DNA from: Paraspadella gotoi
Lineage: Eukaryota > Animalia > Chaetognatha
Reading direction: 5' to 3'
Assembly: GCA_051294375.1 (NCBI GenBank)
Contig: CM119266.1
Coordinates: 62,001-126,000, forward strand
DNA: 64,000 bases
Shown: piece after piece, positions 1 to 11,964 of the stretch
Layout: every line of letters starts with the position of its first letter
Numbering within the stretch: position 1 is the first letter of the stretch
Notes under the pieces: model-generated
The model's input: only the letters and a program-made list of their open reading frames with translations
Databases searched by the model: none
What the model was told of the DNA's origin: nothing
Program-made: the position numbers and the translations under genes

Positions 1-1097
1 TAATGAATTTTAAAACTAATGACACCCCATAAGAATAAATGAAAATTAAATTCTTTTTAAGACGCAGAGACAGATCACGCTTAATTTCATGTGCACGAAA
101 AAAAAATATCGTCATGGAATTTACTTTGTCTGACCATTTGTATTTCCTGACAGTTATGCTGGAAAATACATGCAAATTAAGCAAATTAAGCGTGATCTGT
201 CTCTGAAAGAAAGAAAAAGGCTAAATTGTACTCTAGTAAAAATTTAAAGTTTTTTGGATAAAGAAAATGTAAATTTTTTGTCATTTAAATATTTGCTTGT
301 CTGATTTTACAAGCATGCTTACAAAATTCTACAAATATTATTCACAGCCTAAGTATTTATCCTTCTTTTCCACCAGCAAAAAGTAAACATTATCTTATTT
401 TAGAGAACAGGGATGTTTACTGAAAGGAGCTGGAAGACATTCAACTTCTTCACTTTGATGTTATTTTTCAATAATAAAATAGGGCAAATTTTTTAATTAT
501 TTAACTCTAGATATTACACTTTCATAATATCCCAATGTTAATGTAATTTATTATAGTTTTTTATCCAGAAATCATAAAATAACAGAAGGTTGTGGATTCC
601 CTTCGCTCGTTTAAAAAAAAAATTAACTTGCGAATTAAAGTTTGTAAGAGGAAGTCAGAATCGGCGAAAATCTTAAAAGGCGAGAATGTTGAAAAAAGGG
701 AGAGGAATTTTGGTTGTTTTTGGTCGATTTCTTCTAAACCCACAGGTCAATTTAGACGTAACTTAAGATTTACATTATTCCAGTCATTCTCTATCCAAAA
801 ATATAAAATTATTATGAAAAAAGGTTTGAGATCGACAATCGGCATTTAGTTCTAACAATTCAGATTGAACTTAAATTTTAAAAAGGTTTGTTTCATCGTT
901 GGTTCCATCGCCGTTCTTGGCTAATGGCCAAATGGTTTGTCTGATCATTTTCCCAATTCATTCCCAGATCTTTGCTCGATTTTTGATTGGTAATAATCCT
1001 TTATTTTGTTGAGTAGGGTGATTAGTAAAAACAGATTTGAGATTCAACACCAATTTATTTGATTAACGGACGATTCTTTATAATATTTATATTTATA

Positions 1098-2011
1098 ATT
1101 GAGGCAAAATGGTTTTTGTTTTACAACGAATTTTTTTTTTAATTTTTCTTAGAAAAAAAACAAAAAACGGAGATTTTAGTTGTGAATAGGAAATGAAATG
1201 GTCAGAGTGAGAGAGATTGAGAGAGAGGGAGACAGGGAGAGAGAAAATAATACATTTCAAATGTACAACAAATAAAGTTTTAAACTAAATAAACAGTTAT
1301 TAACAATTAAATAAATAAATAAGTTTGAGTGGAGGTGAAAATGAAATGTGAAAGTGAGAAAATACTTTTAGTGTTAATAAAGTTAGAAATTAAGAGTTAA
1401 GATAGAGCTCAAAGTGAGCTGGCCCCTTTGGACAAATGAGAGGCTCGGGCGATGGGGCTGGGTCATTGGCGTGTTATTGGTTGAGAGGACAATTGAACCG
1501 AACATGTTATTGTTGGCTAGGGAGGCTTCCTTGCGGAAAGATTCCAAGCGCTACTCGAATGTCTCTTTGGCCTGATACGCCTGCCAGCTGCCCTCTTCTC
1601 GCCTGCTGACGAGGTGGCGGTTGTCAGTCTTGCCGTTTTTGCACAGGAGTGCTGGACTCCTCCCCCTCCTCCTGGAGCTCACTTTGAGCTCTATCTTAAC
1701 TCTTAATTTCTAACTTTATAACACTAAATGTATTTTCTCACTTTCACATTTCATTCTCACCTCCACTCAAACTTATTTATTTATTTAATTGTTAATAACT
1801 GATTATTTAGTTTAAAACTTTATTTGTTGTACATTTGAAATGTATTATTTTTCTCTCTCCCTGTTCCCTCTCTCTCTCTCTCTCAATCTCTCTCACTCTG
1901 ACCATTTCATTTCCTATTCACTAACTAAAATCTCTATTTGTCCTCATTCTTAACGCTGTCCTCACCACTTGACCACTATTCTTTTCTCACTCTGTGTTGG
2001 AAAACTTTGCC

Positions 2012-2042
<31 letters not shown>

Positions 2043-2220
2043 CTCTCTCCCTTCTTTCAGACAAAAACTGTCCAAATTCACAAATTGTTTGACGCTGAAG
2101 AAGGCTTGCAACTAAAGCCGAAACATGTCCGTTTTTTTTTCTATGAAAAAAAAAATTCGTTGTAAAACAAAAACCATTTTGCCTCAATACATATGAACAA
2201 CGAAAAGAAAGGTTATTACC
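1098..2220 (+). mobile_element. Penelope-like 3' end (pLTR) with inverted 5' segments, forming a large palindrome
   Basis: Inner inverted arms 1170-1420/1676-1934 and outer arms 1098-1140/2146-2188. Hammerhead at 2095-2129, family tail CAACGAAAAGAAAGG near 2200, and conserved peptide AGVSGQRDIRVALGIFPQGSLP on the minus strand of the loop. Confidence 0.8.
2091..2133 (+). ncRNA. Minimal type I hammerhead ribozyme (PLE-type)
   Basis: gacg-CTGAAGA-A-GGCTT(gcaacta)AAGCC-GAAA-CATGTC-cgtt. Core, stem II, palindromic ACATGT stem III and stem I (gacg/cgtt) are all present. Confidence 0.85.
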
Positions 2221-2829
2221 AATATGTCCAATAAATAAAAAAAAAATAAATAAATAAATAAAAAAAAATAATTGAATATTACTTTCAGTCCTTGCTGTGA
2301 GAGAGAATTTAGTTTGACCAATCAGTTGAAAAATTTTCCTTAAAAACAATATTTACTTCATAAATAGATCTTATCGAATTTGTGTAAAAAAAATATTTCC
2401 TAAAATCATTTTAACATTTACTCATCAAGCGGAAGGTTGCGGAAGATCTCCCGAATAAATCAAGTGCGTTGTAATCTCAATTATCAAATTTATAAGAATG
2501 GTCATGTTTCCGCATGTTTCCATATGGATTCTTAGTTAATTTTTAAATACTCAGATACAGTAAAACATTTTTAGGACAAATTTTAATTTAATCCACGCTA
2601 GATATTCAGTTGATGACTAATATTACAAAAAATAAGGAAATGTATCATAAAGTACCTGGTTTATAGTGCGTCCGAAAAAAAGGAAAACCTTTAGATGTCC
2701 TAAAGAACTAATTTTTGAAAACTGATATTTCATGAGAAGTTTCTTACTCCTTGATAGATATAAAGCATAAATATTATTGTATATGCACTGCCCTTTTCCG
2801 TCTTTAAACTCCAAATCGATGATAGTGAA

Positions 2830-3229
2830 TTGGTTAAAATGGAAAAACAAAAAAAATCTATTTCACTATTTGAACGCCAATCGCTCATGATGGACAGGGC
2901 AATTGACTTGAAATTTTGTATGATGGTAGGATAGTATTTGATTGAGCTGGATATAAAGTTTCGATGGAATCTTTCGAGTGGAAATGAGTTAAAATGGAAA
3001 AAACAAAAGTCATATTTTTTTATTTAAATTTAACTCATAATTATTATGTTTATTAAAAATTGGATAAATAAATTAAAATGGAATTTTGTGTGTGGGTAGG
3101 AAAGTATGTGATAAAGCTGGATATAATTTTTTGATGGAATCGTAGGAGTGGAAAAGAGTTTAATTAGAAAACCAAAAGACACATTTATTTGAATTTTGAA
3201 AGTTTCTCCTCTCTATCTCTGATTGATTG

Positions 3230-3278
<49 letters not shown>

Positions 3279-3684
3279 GATGATTGATGGACCAAATTAT
3301 GCCAATTGACAAAAATATGCCAGTTGACCAAATTCTGAAAGTTGACTAAATTATGCCAGTTGATCAAATTATGCCAGTTGACAAAATTCAGCAAGTTGAC
3401 AAAATATGCCTGTTGACAAATTATGCCGTTGACCAAATTATGCCAGTTGACCAAATTATGCCAGTTGATAAGAATTATGCCAGTTGACCAAATTATGCCA
3501 GTTGACCAAATTTATGCCGGTTGACCAAAATTATGTTAATTTACCAAATTATGTCAGTTGACCAAATTATGTCAGTTGACCAAATTATGCCAGTTGACCA
3601 AATAATGCAAGATGATTAAATTATGCAAGTTGACAAGTTAGCTTATTACCACTTAATTATGGTAGGCAGATCCGACATTGTTTG
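2830..3684 (+). mobile_element. 5'-truncated HINE (Helentron-associated element) with (GATT)n and 18-bp tandem repeat
   Basis: Internal family modules, (GATT)n at 3220-3290, gttgaccaaattatgcca array at 3290-3635, and 3' subTIR GGCAGATCCGACATTGTTTG near 3665. Confidence 0.75.
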
Positions 3685-6529
3685 GGTTTCGCATACAATC
3701 AGTGTCTTTTAGACAACGAAATCTGAACTTCAATAATTACCACATTTCTTGATCTCATTGGTTAGTACGAAGCTTTCTTCATTTAAAAAAACGGTCGTCT
3801 CAAGTTATCTCCTTCTTATCAGTGAGAACTTCCCATGTAAATTTCTATGAGTTAAAAATACGGTAAGACATGATTTCTTCAATGCTTGTGCAATCTAATC
3901 TCATAACTGCTTAATTTTAGAAATAAGTATGTTTGAATTTTTATGGAACAGATAATTTTTAAAGATCGAATTCCTCTATAAGAATCCTCATGTCTTTTAC
4001 TTACACAAAAGATTTTAGGTAAGACGCCACATTATCTGATACAATTTTTTTTCCTTCATACGCTTTTCCTGATTATTTTTCTTCACCTCTTTTCTTCTCT
4101 TACTTTATATTTTCCTCTTCCTCTTTCCTCCCTACTTCTCACGCGGTCACTTACCATTTTTTTGGCCTCCTACCTTTTTCTGCCACTCATGCACTTTCCT
4201 CACCTTTTTTTTCTCAATTTCATTCTTTCCCTTTCTTTTCCCTCTTTTTCTTTCCATTTTTTCTCTTTTTTCTTACCTTACAATTAATTACTATTTTTCC
4301 CCATTGCCTTGGTTTCTTTGCCTTTCACCCCTCTTCTTTCATTCTCTCCACTTCTCCTTTTTCTTGTTTTCCCTTTCCTATTTCCTCTCACTACGTTTAC
4401 ATTGAGTCAAATCAAAGAAAATATTTAAAATGCATTATAAGAAAGAAAATGAACGGTAGCGCATGATTTTTCTTTTAATTTTCGTTGCCAAGCAAATTTA
4501 GTAAATCGACAGATTTTCGCGGAAAGATATTTCTCCGCAAAATTTCCGCAAAACTCTGTCGATTCTGCAGAAAAACAAGTCCTGATGCTTTCCATTGGGT
4601 TAAAAGGATGCGGTTTTTTTTAATTAATCAGGTGAGTATGTACCTCATCTTTTAAAACTAAATAAATGAGTTGAAAATATTCTCTTAATCAAAATAAATG
4701 CAAGTCACAAAAAGTCAACAAATTAAGAGACGTCTTTAAAAATTATTTGTGGCTAAACCAAAAAGTTTTTTTGATAATTTTTATAGGTGTTAAAGCTTAT
4801 TCAATAGGCTATATTTTCCTGTTAATTTCAACCAATTTGATTTATTTTTGTTTAACAAATTATGATAAAGACTGAACTCCAAACTTTTTGACTTGTTAAC
4901 TTTAGAATTAATCATAGGCAAACTATAAATGAATTTAAGCTAATAAATTTACCCAGAGGTAAAGAAGATAAGAAAGAACGGATTTTCCAAAGTAAAAAAT
5001 TTTTCTCAACTTCTTGGCATTCACAATCATAAGTCGTAGTAAAAATGGACAAAAATGGACATAATTTTTTTAGCTAAAAGTTGCCAAATGGTACTATTTT
5101 ATTATTAGAAACGGGAGGAGATGTTTCTAACCAATCCTTCGTTCGGCCTAATTTGTGTTGTGGTACAAAGTTAATCAACAATTGTATGTAACAACTGAAC
5201 AATAGTGGAAAGAGTCGTTTTTTTCTAAATGCAACGTTTGTACGCGGAACCTTTGCTCAAACTTGTTTTCTTGATAATTTAAAGTTCCTAACCTTATTTT
5301 GCCTTCCCACTTGCATATTGGCAACCAATTCTTAAAAAATATTGTCATCAGGAGAAAGCGCTTAGCATTATAAAGAAAGCGTACTTCATACTAGAGTAGC
5401 TAATTTATAGCTTTACTTACCGTGAAATTGTGTATCACCGCTACAAATTTCGAAAATAGTAGTTTCAAACTTTAAAATCAAAGGCTGAGGGACTAAGCAA
5501 ATATCAAAATATTTTTACAGTGACTCTTAATATAAGAAGGAATGTGTTCCATTTCCTTCCCCCCAATCTATGTGATGTTACCGTGACTCATTTATTTATA
5601 GATTTATTGATTTTCTTTCCTTTTCAAACTGCAGGGCGCGGCGTGGAGCGGCGCGGCGCTGCAGCCTGAAAAATCATGAAAAGGGAGAAAACGAGCGAGA
5701 GAAATATGCCTAACGACGCCTCGAGTCTGTTAAAGACTGTGATTTCAGACTAATCATTTGACAATAAACAAATCATTGTTTATTTAACGTAGAATCAATA
5801 CTAATAATCTTAAACTGGGATTTACTTACTAAGATTTGGTTAGATTAAAAAAGATAAATTCTCGACGTCACATCGACATTTTTTTTCCTCTCCAAAGACG
5901 AGTGAATTTTTCAGATTTCTCGAAAATTAGTTTATGAATTTTGGGCTCATAAAGGCGCCCTCTATGCGTGCTCTCTCTCTCTCTTCTCTCTCCTCTCTCT
6001 CTCGTCCTCTCTCTCTCTCGTCTCTCTCTCTTCTCTCTTCTCTTCTCTTCTCGTTATAATCTTAGCCTCTCTATACTCACCCATTTTGATAACCTTTTTT
6101 ATTCTTATTTCAATAATCTTCTAATATCTATTTTCTATTTCTCCTTTCAAGATCCATAATCCTCGTCCCCAGCCCCGTGTCCCGCTTATCTCGATTCATT
6201 TTTCTCCTTTCCAGCCCAGCGATGGAGAAGATTCCCTTTCCTTACATTTCAAGTTTCGGATTTAATTAAACTAGCTTTTATGCCGTTGAAAATAACCGAT
6301 TGAGAGAGGTTGAAGTATGGAGAGAAGAGACGAGAGAGAGAGAGAGAGAAGAGAGAGAGAAGAAAGAGAAGAGAGAGAGAGAGCCAGGTAGGGGGGGGAG
6401 ACGGCACAAAGAGACAGAAAAAAGATAGGCAGAGAGAGAAGACGTCCCTGAAAAATAAACCAAGAGGAAGATAGATAAAGATAAATAATAAAGAGATCGT
6501 AATAAAATGAATAGGATCGAGCCTACCTT

Positions 6530-6675
6530 CAATGATAACCATAATATTGATGCGATGATAACCAAAAGGATTGATGCGATGATAGTCATTCATTGATGTG
6601 ATAATAATCATTTATGATACTATGATAGTCATTCATTGATGCGACGATAGTCATTCATTGACGCAATGAATCAAT
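6530..6675. repeat. Short degenerate tandem repeat (gatgcgatgatagtcattcatt-like)
   Basis: Repeated 22-24 bp units. Also at 23450-23595. Confidence 0.6.
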
Positions 6676-7865
6676 CATCATAAATAAAACAAAACAAATG
6701 CGTGTATGAGTGAAAGAGTGAAGAGAGAGAGAAAGAAGAGAGAGAGAGAGAGAAAGAAAGAGAGAGAGAAAGAAAGAGAATAAATGCACGAAATCTCGGA
6801 TGTGAAATTTGGGATTTTGCATTGAGAAAAAAAGCGCAGAATAAATGGCGATAATAAAAGTTTTTAAAAGGAAAAAAAATAATCAAAATTTTTGATAAAA
6901 CGATCACGCAAGAGAACGTACAGAGAGAGGAGAGAGACAGAGAGAGAGAGAGAGACAGAGAGAGACATACAGAGATAGAGAGAGAAAGAGAAAGAGAGGC
7001 AGCGGTACAGTCACTGCAGAGCCTAAACTCGTTATTAAGGGTTCAGAAGAGGCAGCAACTGACAAAAATAGGAAAAAATAAGTATATATAATTTAAAGAA
7101 ATAAAAGAAAGGAAAAAATTACAATTGTTTACAATTGGAAATTGTTACAATTTTTTTCCAATCATAGCTTGTAAAAGATTTTATTTTTATTTTTATTAAA
7201 ATTAAGATTTAGCTTCTCATTTAAAGGTCTTTTGATTTCACATGTTTTTAATGATTTTTTTATGAATTTCATCAACAATAATATTTACTGCAATATGTAA
7301 ATTAGATTAATGCATTTCTATATAATAATTTGGATATTAATTTGAGTACTACAATCTCATTTGCATATGCAGTAAATCATAATGAAGTGGAATTCAAACA
7401 AAAAATACTTAATCAAAATGTAAAATGAAAATTTTCAAAGCTATTTCAAGATGAGAAGCCATATCTAAATTTTTAACTTACTATGGGGATGAGCATCGTT
7501 TCTAAACTACTCATTGTTTTATATCAAATTTGGTAGCGCACAATGTTAATGTAATTAATTATATATTTTTACCCAAAAATTAAATAATAATAAAGTTATG
7601 GATTCCTTTCGTTCGTTTAAATAAAAAAAATTAACTTGCGGAATTATAAGTTTGAAAAAGGAAGTCAGAATCGGCGAGAATCTTAAAAAGCGAGAATGTT
7701 GAAAAAATGGAGAGGAATTTTGGTTGTTTTTGGTCTATTTCTTCTAAACCCATTGGCCAATTTAGACGTGACTTAAGATTTACATTGTTCCAGTCATTCT
7801 CTATCTAAAAATATAAAAATATTATGAAAAAAGTTTTGGGATCGACTTTCGGAATTTGGTTCTAA

Positions 7866-8345
7866 GTAAAGAACAGTGGTCAGATGTTAGGACAGGAGAA
7901 AGTGAGGGAAAGGAAGGAGAGTGAGTGAATTTGAGATTGGTGAAAAAGAAAGAGAGAGAGAGACATCAATACATTTGGCAATGTACAACAGAGAATAAAA
8001 GTGAAAAACTAAAGTAACATAAGTTAATAAATAAATAAATGTTTGTGAGAATTTGGTTTAATAGAAAGAATGAAATATGAAATGGAAGAATAAGTTGTGA
8101 GGGATAGCTAAGGTATGTTTTAAGAGAAAAATAAGATGAGAAAGAGCTCAAAATGAGCTGGCCCCCCCCCCTGGCCGGGCAAATGAGGGTCATTACCGAT
8201 GTGCTAGGTTCATTGGCCTGTAATGGGCTGAAAGGATATTGTGGTGGAGTGGGATTGGTTCGGGTTTGGCAAAGATCCGGCTGGAAAAATGCCAAATGCC
8301 ACTCGTATATCTCTCTGGCCTGATACGCCTGCCGAGAGCCTATCT
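7866..8345 (-). mobile_element. Truncated copy of the PLE pLTR at 15520-16250
   Basis: Near-identical to 15729-16250. Minus-strand peptide AGVSGQRDIRVAFGIFPAGSLP...QPITGQ*. The hammerhead end is missing at the 7866 junction. Confidence 0.75.
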
Positions 8346-10234
8346 ATCTATTCCTCTAAACATTTTTCTAACAGAGATTTCCGTTCGAATCTGACTGCCC
8401 AACTTCACAAACGAGCCTGCAAGAAATTTTGGTAGAAAACAGTTGTAAAAACACACGATTCCGACAGCTTTGCATCTCAAGAGCTCGTTCCTTTTTTCTT
8501 GTGGCATTTGATAAAGATTTTACTATCAGACAAGCCAGGGGAAATGGACTACTCGTCTCCGGAGGATTTTCAAACCTCGTTTTTACTATAGAAATGAAAG
8601 GAAAATTTCACTTTTTTAAAATTATTAACGGGATTAGGGTATATTGGCATTATTAATGACACTTCAATGAGATTCCGAAAGCCTTTTGTCCCAAGAGCTC
8701 GTTCTATTTTTATTTTTATTATTGACGAATTTTTTCATATTAAACCAACATGGTAAAGTGAATTGGTCCAGTTTTCATCTCGAAATTTTTATTTAAAAAG
8801 AAATTAAAAGGAAGGTTGAGAGAAAAAACTGATTTTACCTAATATCTTTTGAAGGAACAAAGATAAAGGGATGGCAATAGTACCAAAATGAAGCTATAAT
8901 TATCGGGCACATACAAGATATAATTTGAGAATTACTTTTGCTGAAACCTTACAGGGTGAGTGTCAAACTAAGTCAAAATTATAATGAATTTTAAAACTAA
9001 TGACACCCCATAAGAATAAATGAAAATTAAATTCTTTTTAAGACGCAGAGACAGATCACGCTTAATTTCATGTGCACGAAAAAAAAAATATCGGTCATGG
9101 AATTTACTTTGTCTGACCATTTGTATTTCCTGACAGTTATGCTGGAAAAATACATGCAAATTAAGCAAATTAAGCGTGATCTGTCTCTGAAAGAAAGAAA
9201 AAGGCTAAATTGTACTCTAGTAAAAATTTAAAGTTTTTTGGATAAAGAAAATGTAAATTTTTTGTCATTTAAATATTTGCTTGTCTGATTTTACAAGCAT
9301 GCTTACAAAATTCTACAAAATATTATTCACAGCCTAAGTATTTATCCTTCTTTTCCACCAGCAAAAAGTAAACATTATCTTATTTTAGAGAACAGGGATG
9401 TTTACTGAAAGGAGCTGGAAGACATTCAACTTCTTCACTTTGATGTTATTTTTCAATAATAAAATAGGCAAATTTTTTAATTATTTAACTCTAGATATTA
9501 CACTTTCATAATATCCCAATGTTAATGTAATTTATTATAGTTTTTATCCAGAAATCATAAAATAACAGAAGGTTGTGGATTCCCTTCGCTCGTTTAAAAA
9601 AAAATTAACTTGCGGAATTAAAGTTTGTAAGAGGAAGTCAGAATCGGCGAAAATCTTAAAAGGCGAGAATGTTGAAAAAAGGGAGAGGAATTTTGGTTGT
9701 TTTTGGTCGATTTCTTCTAAACCCACAGGTCAATTTAGACGTAACTTAAGATTTACATTATTCCAGTCATTCTCTATCCAAAAATATAAAATTATTATGA
9801 AAAAAGGTTTGAGATCGACAATCGGCATTTAGTTCTAACAATTCAGATTGAACTTAAATTTTAAAAGGTTTGTTTCATCGTTGGTTCCATCGCCGTTCTT
9901 GGCTAATGGCCAAATGGTTTGTCTGATCATTTTCCCAATTCATTCCCAGATCTTTGCTCGATTTTTTGATTGGTAATAATCCTTTATTTTTGTTGAGTAG
10001 GGTGATTAGTAAAAACAGATTTGAGATTCAACACCAATTTATTTGATTAACGGACGATTCTTTATAATATTTTATATTTATAATTGAGGCAAAATGGTTT
10101 TTGTTTTACAACGAATTTTTTTTAATTTTTCTTAGAAAAAAAACAAAAAACGGAGATTTTAGTTGTGANNNNNNNNNNCTCTCCCTCTCTCCCTTCTTTC
10201 AGACAAAAAACTGTCCAAAATTCACAAATTGTTT

Positions 10235-10277
10235 GACGCTGAAGAAGGCTTGCAACTAAAGCCGAAACATGTCCGTT
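10235..10277 (+). ncRNA. Minimal hammerhead ribozyme (duplicate of 2091-2133)
   Basis: gacgCTGAAGAAGGCTTGCAACTAAAGCCGAAACATGTCcgtt. Confidence 0.85.
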
Positions 10278-11370
10278 TTTTTTTCTATGAAAAAAAAAAT
10301 TCGTTGTAAAACAAAAACCATTTTGCCTCAATACATAGAACAACGAAAAGAAAGGTTATTACCAATATGTCCAATAAATAAAAAATAAATAAATAAATAA
10401 ATAAAAAAAAATAATTGAATATTACTTTCAGTCCTTGCTGTGAGAGAGAATTTAGTTTGACCAATCAGTTGAAAATTTTCCTTAAAAACAATATTTACTT
10501 CATAAATAGATCTTATCGAATTTGTGTAAAAAAAAATATTTCCTAAAATCATTTTAACATTTACTCATCAAGCGGAAGGTTGCGGAAGATCTCCCGAATA
10601 AATCAAGTGCGTTGTAATCTCAATTATCAAATTTAATAAGAATGGTCATGTTTCCGCATGTTTCCATATGGATTCTTAGTTAATTTTTAAATACTCAGAT
10701 ACAGTAAAACATTTTTAGGACAAATTTTAATTTAATCCACGCTAGATATTCAGTTGATGACTAATATTACAAAAAAATAAGGAAATGTATCATAAAGTAC
10801 CTGGTTTATAGTGCGTCCGAAAAAAAGGAAAACCTTTAGATGTCCTAAAGAACTAATTTTTGAAAACTGATATTTCATGAGAAGTTTCTTACTCCTTGAT
10901 AGATTAAAAGCATAAATATTATTGTATGATGCACTGCCCTTTTTCCGTCTTTAAACTCCAAATCGATGATAGTGAATTGGTTAAAATGGAAAAAACAAAA
11001 AAAATCTATTTCACTATTTGAACGCCAATCGCTCATGAGTGGACAGGGCAATTGACTTGAAATTTTGTATGATGGTAGGATAGTATTTGATTGAGCTGGA
11101 TATAAAGTTTCGATGGAATCTTTCGAGTGGAAATGAGTTAAAATGGAAAAAACAAAAGTCATATTTTTTTATTTAAATTTACTTCATATTATTATGTTTT
11201 TATAAAATGGATAAATAAATTAAATGTGAATTTTGTGTGTGGGTAGGAAAGTATGTGATAAAGCTGGATATAAATTTTTTGATGGAATCGTAGGAGTGGA
11301 AAAGAGTTTAAATTAGAAAACCAAAAGACACATTTATTTGAATTTTTGAAAGTTTCTCTCTCTCTATCTC

Positions 11371-11426
<56 letters not shown>

Positions 11427-11750
11427 GGGACCAAATTATGCAATGACAAAAATATGCCAGTTGACCAAATTCTGAAAGTTGACTAAATTATGCCAGTTGA
11501 TCAAATTATGCCAGTTGACAAAATTCAGCAAGTTGACAAAATATGCCTNNNNNNNNNNNNNNNNNNNNNNNNNCTTGTAATAAATTTAATCATATTGTTG
11601 GTAATATTCTAGCAATATTGCAAAAAGGGTTTTTTTTGCTGAATTCCTCGATAGAAATCACTGCCTAGGATAAGCGCTCGATGAAGTAATCAGTTCATCT
11701 CTCGCGAAGCTCAATCACGTTCCATCGATTTCCTCTGTTCAAGAGAAGAT

Positions 11751-11824
<74 letters not shown>

Positions 11825-11926
11825 ATGTTGAAAATCTTCGCCTAAGAAATTTGTAGAATAAATAAGGATTCGGAGATTTTCAAATTTTCAAAAGAGTCTG
11901 TTTGTTTGTCCTGTCAAAATTTTTTT

Positions 11927-11964
<38 letters not shown>

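Larger units (their letters stand above)
1..7538 (+). repeat. Segmental duplicate, near-identical to 16882-24453 and partly to 8982-11548
   Basis: Position 1 (taatgaattttaaaactaatgacaccccat) recurs at 8982 and 16882 and stays colinear. Differences are mostly homopolymer and microsatellite indels. Confidence 0.95.
7866..11548 (+). repeat. Segmental duplicate of about 15730-20300; the palindrome is collapsed at the N gap 10169-10178
   Basis: Colinear near-identity. About 850 bp corresponding to the 1170-1934 palindrome is replaced by 10 Ns. Confidence 0.9.

Noticed and set aside
592-849. 85-aa ORF repeated three times
   Set aside because: The repetition is due to segmental duplication, the frame differs between copies, and no domain is recognisable.
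8951-8975. TA|CAGGGTGAG Tc1/mariner-like terminus (also near 16851)
   Set aside because: No matching opposite end was found, so no element could be delimited.
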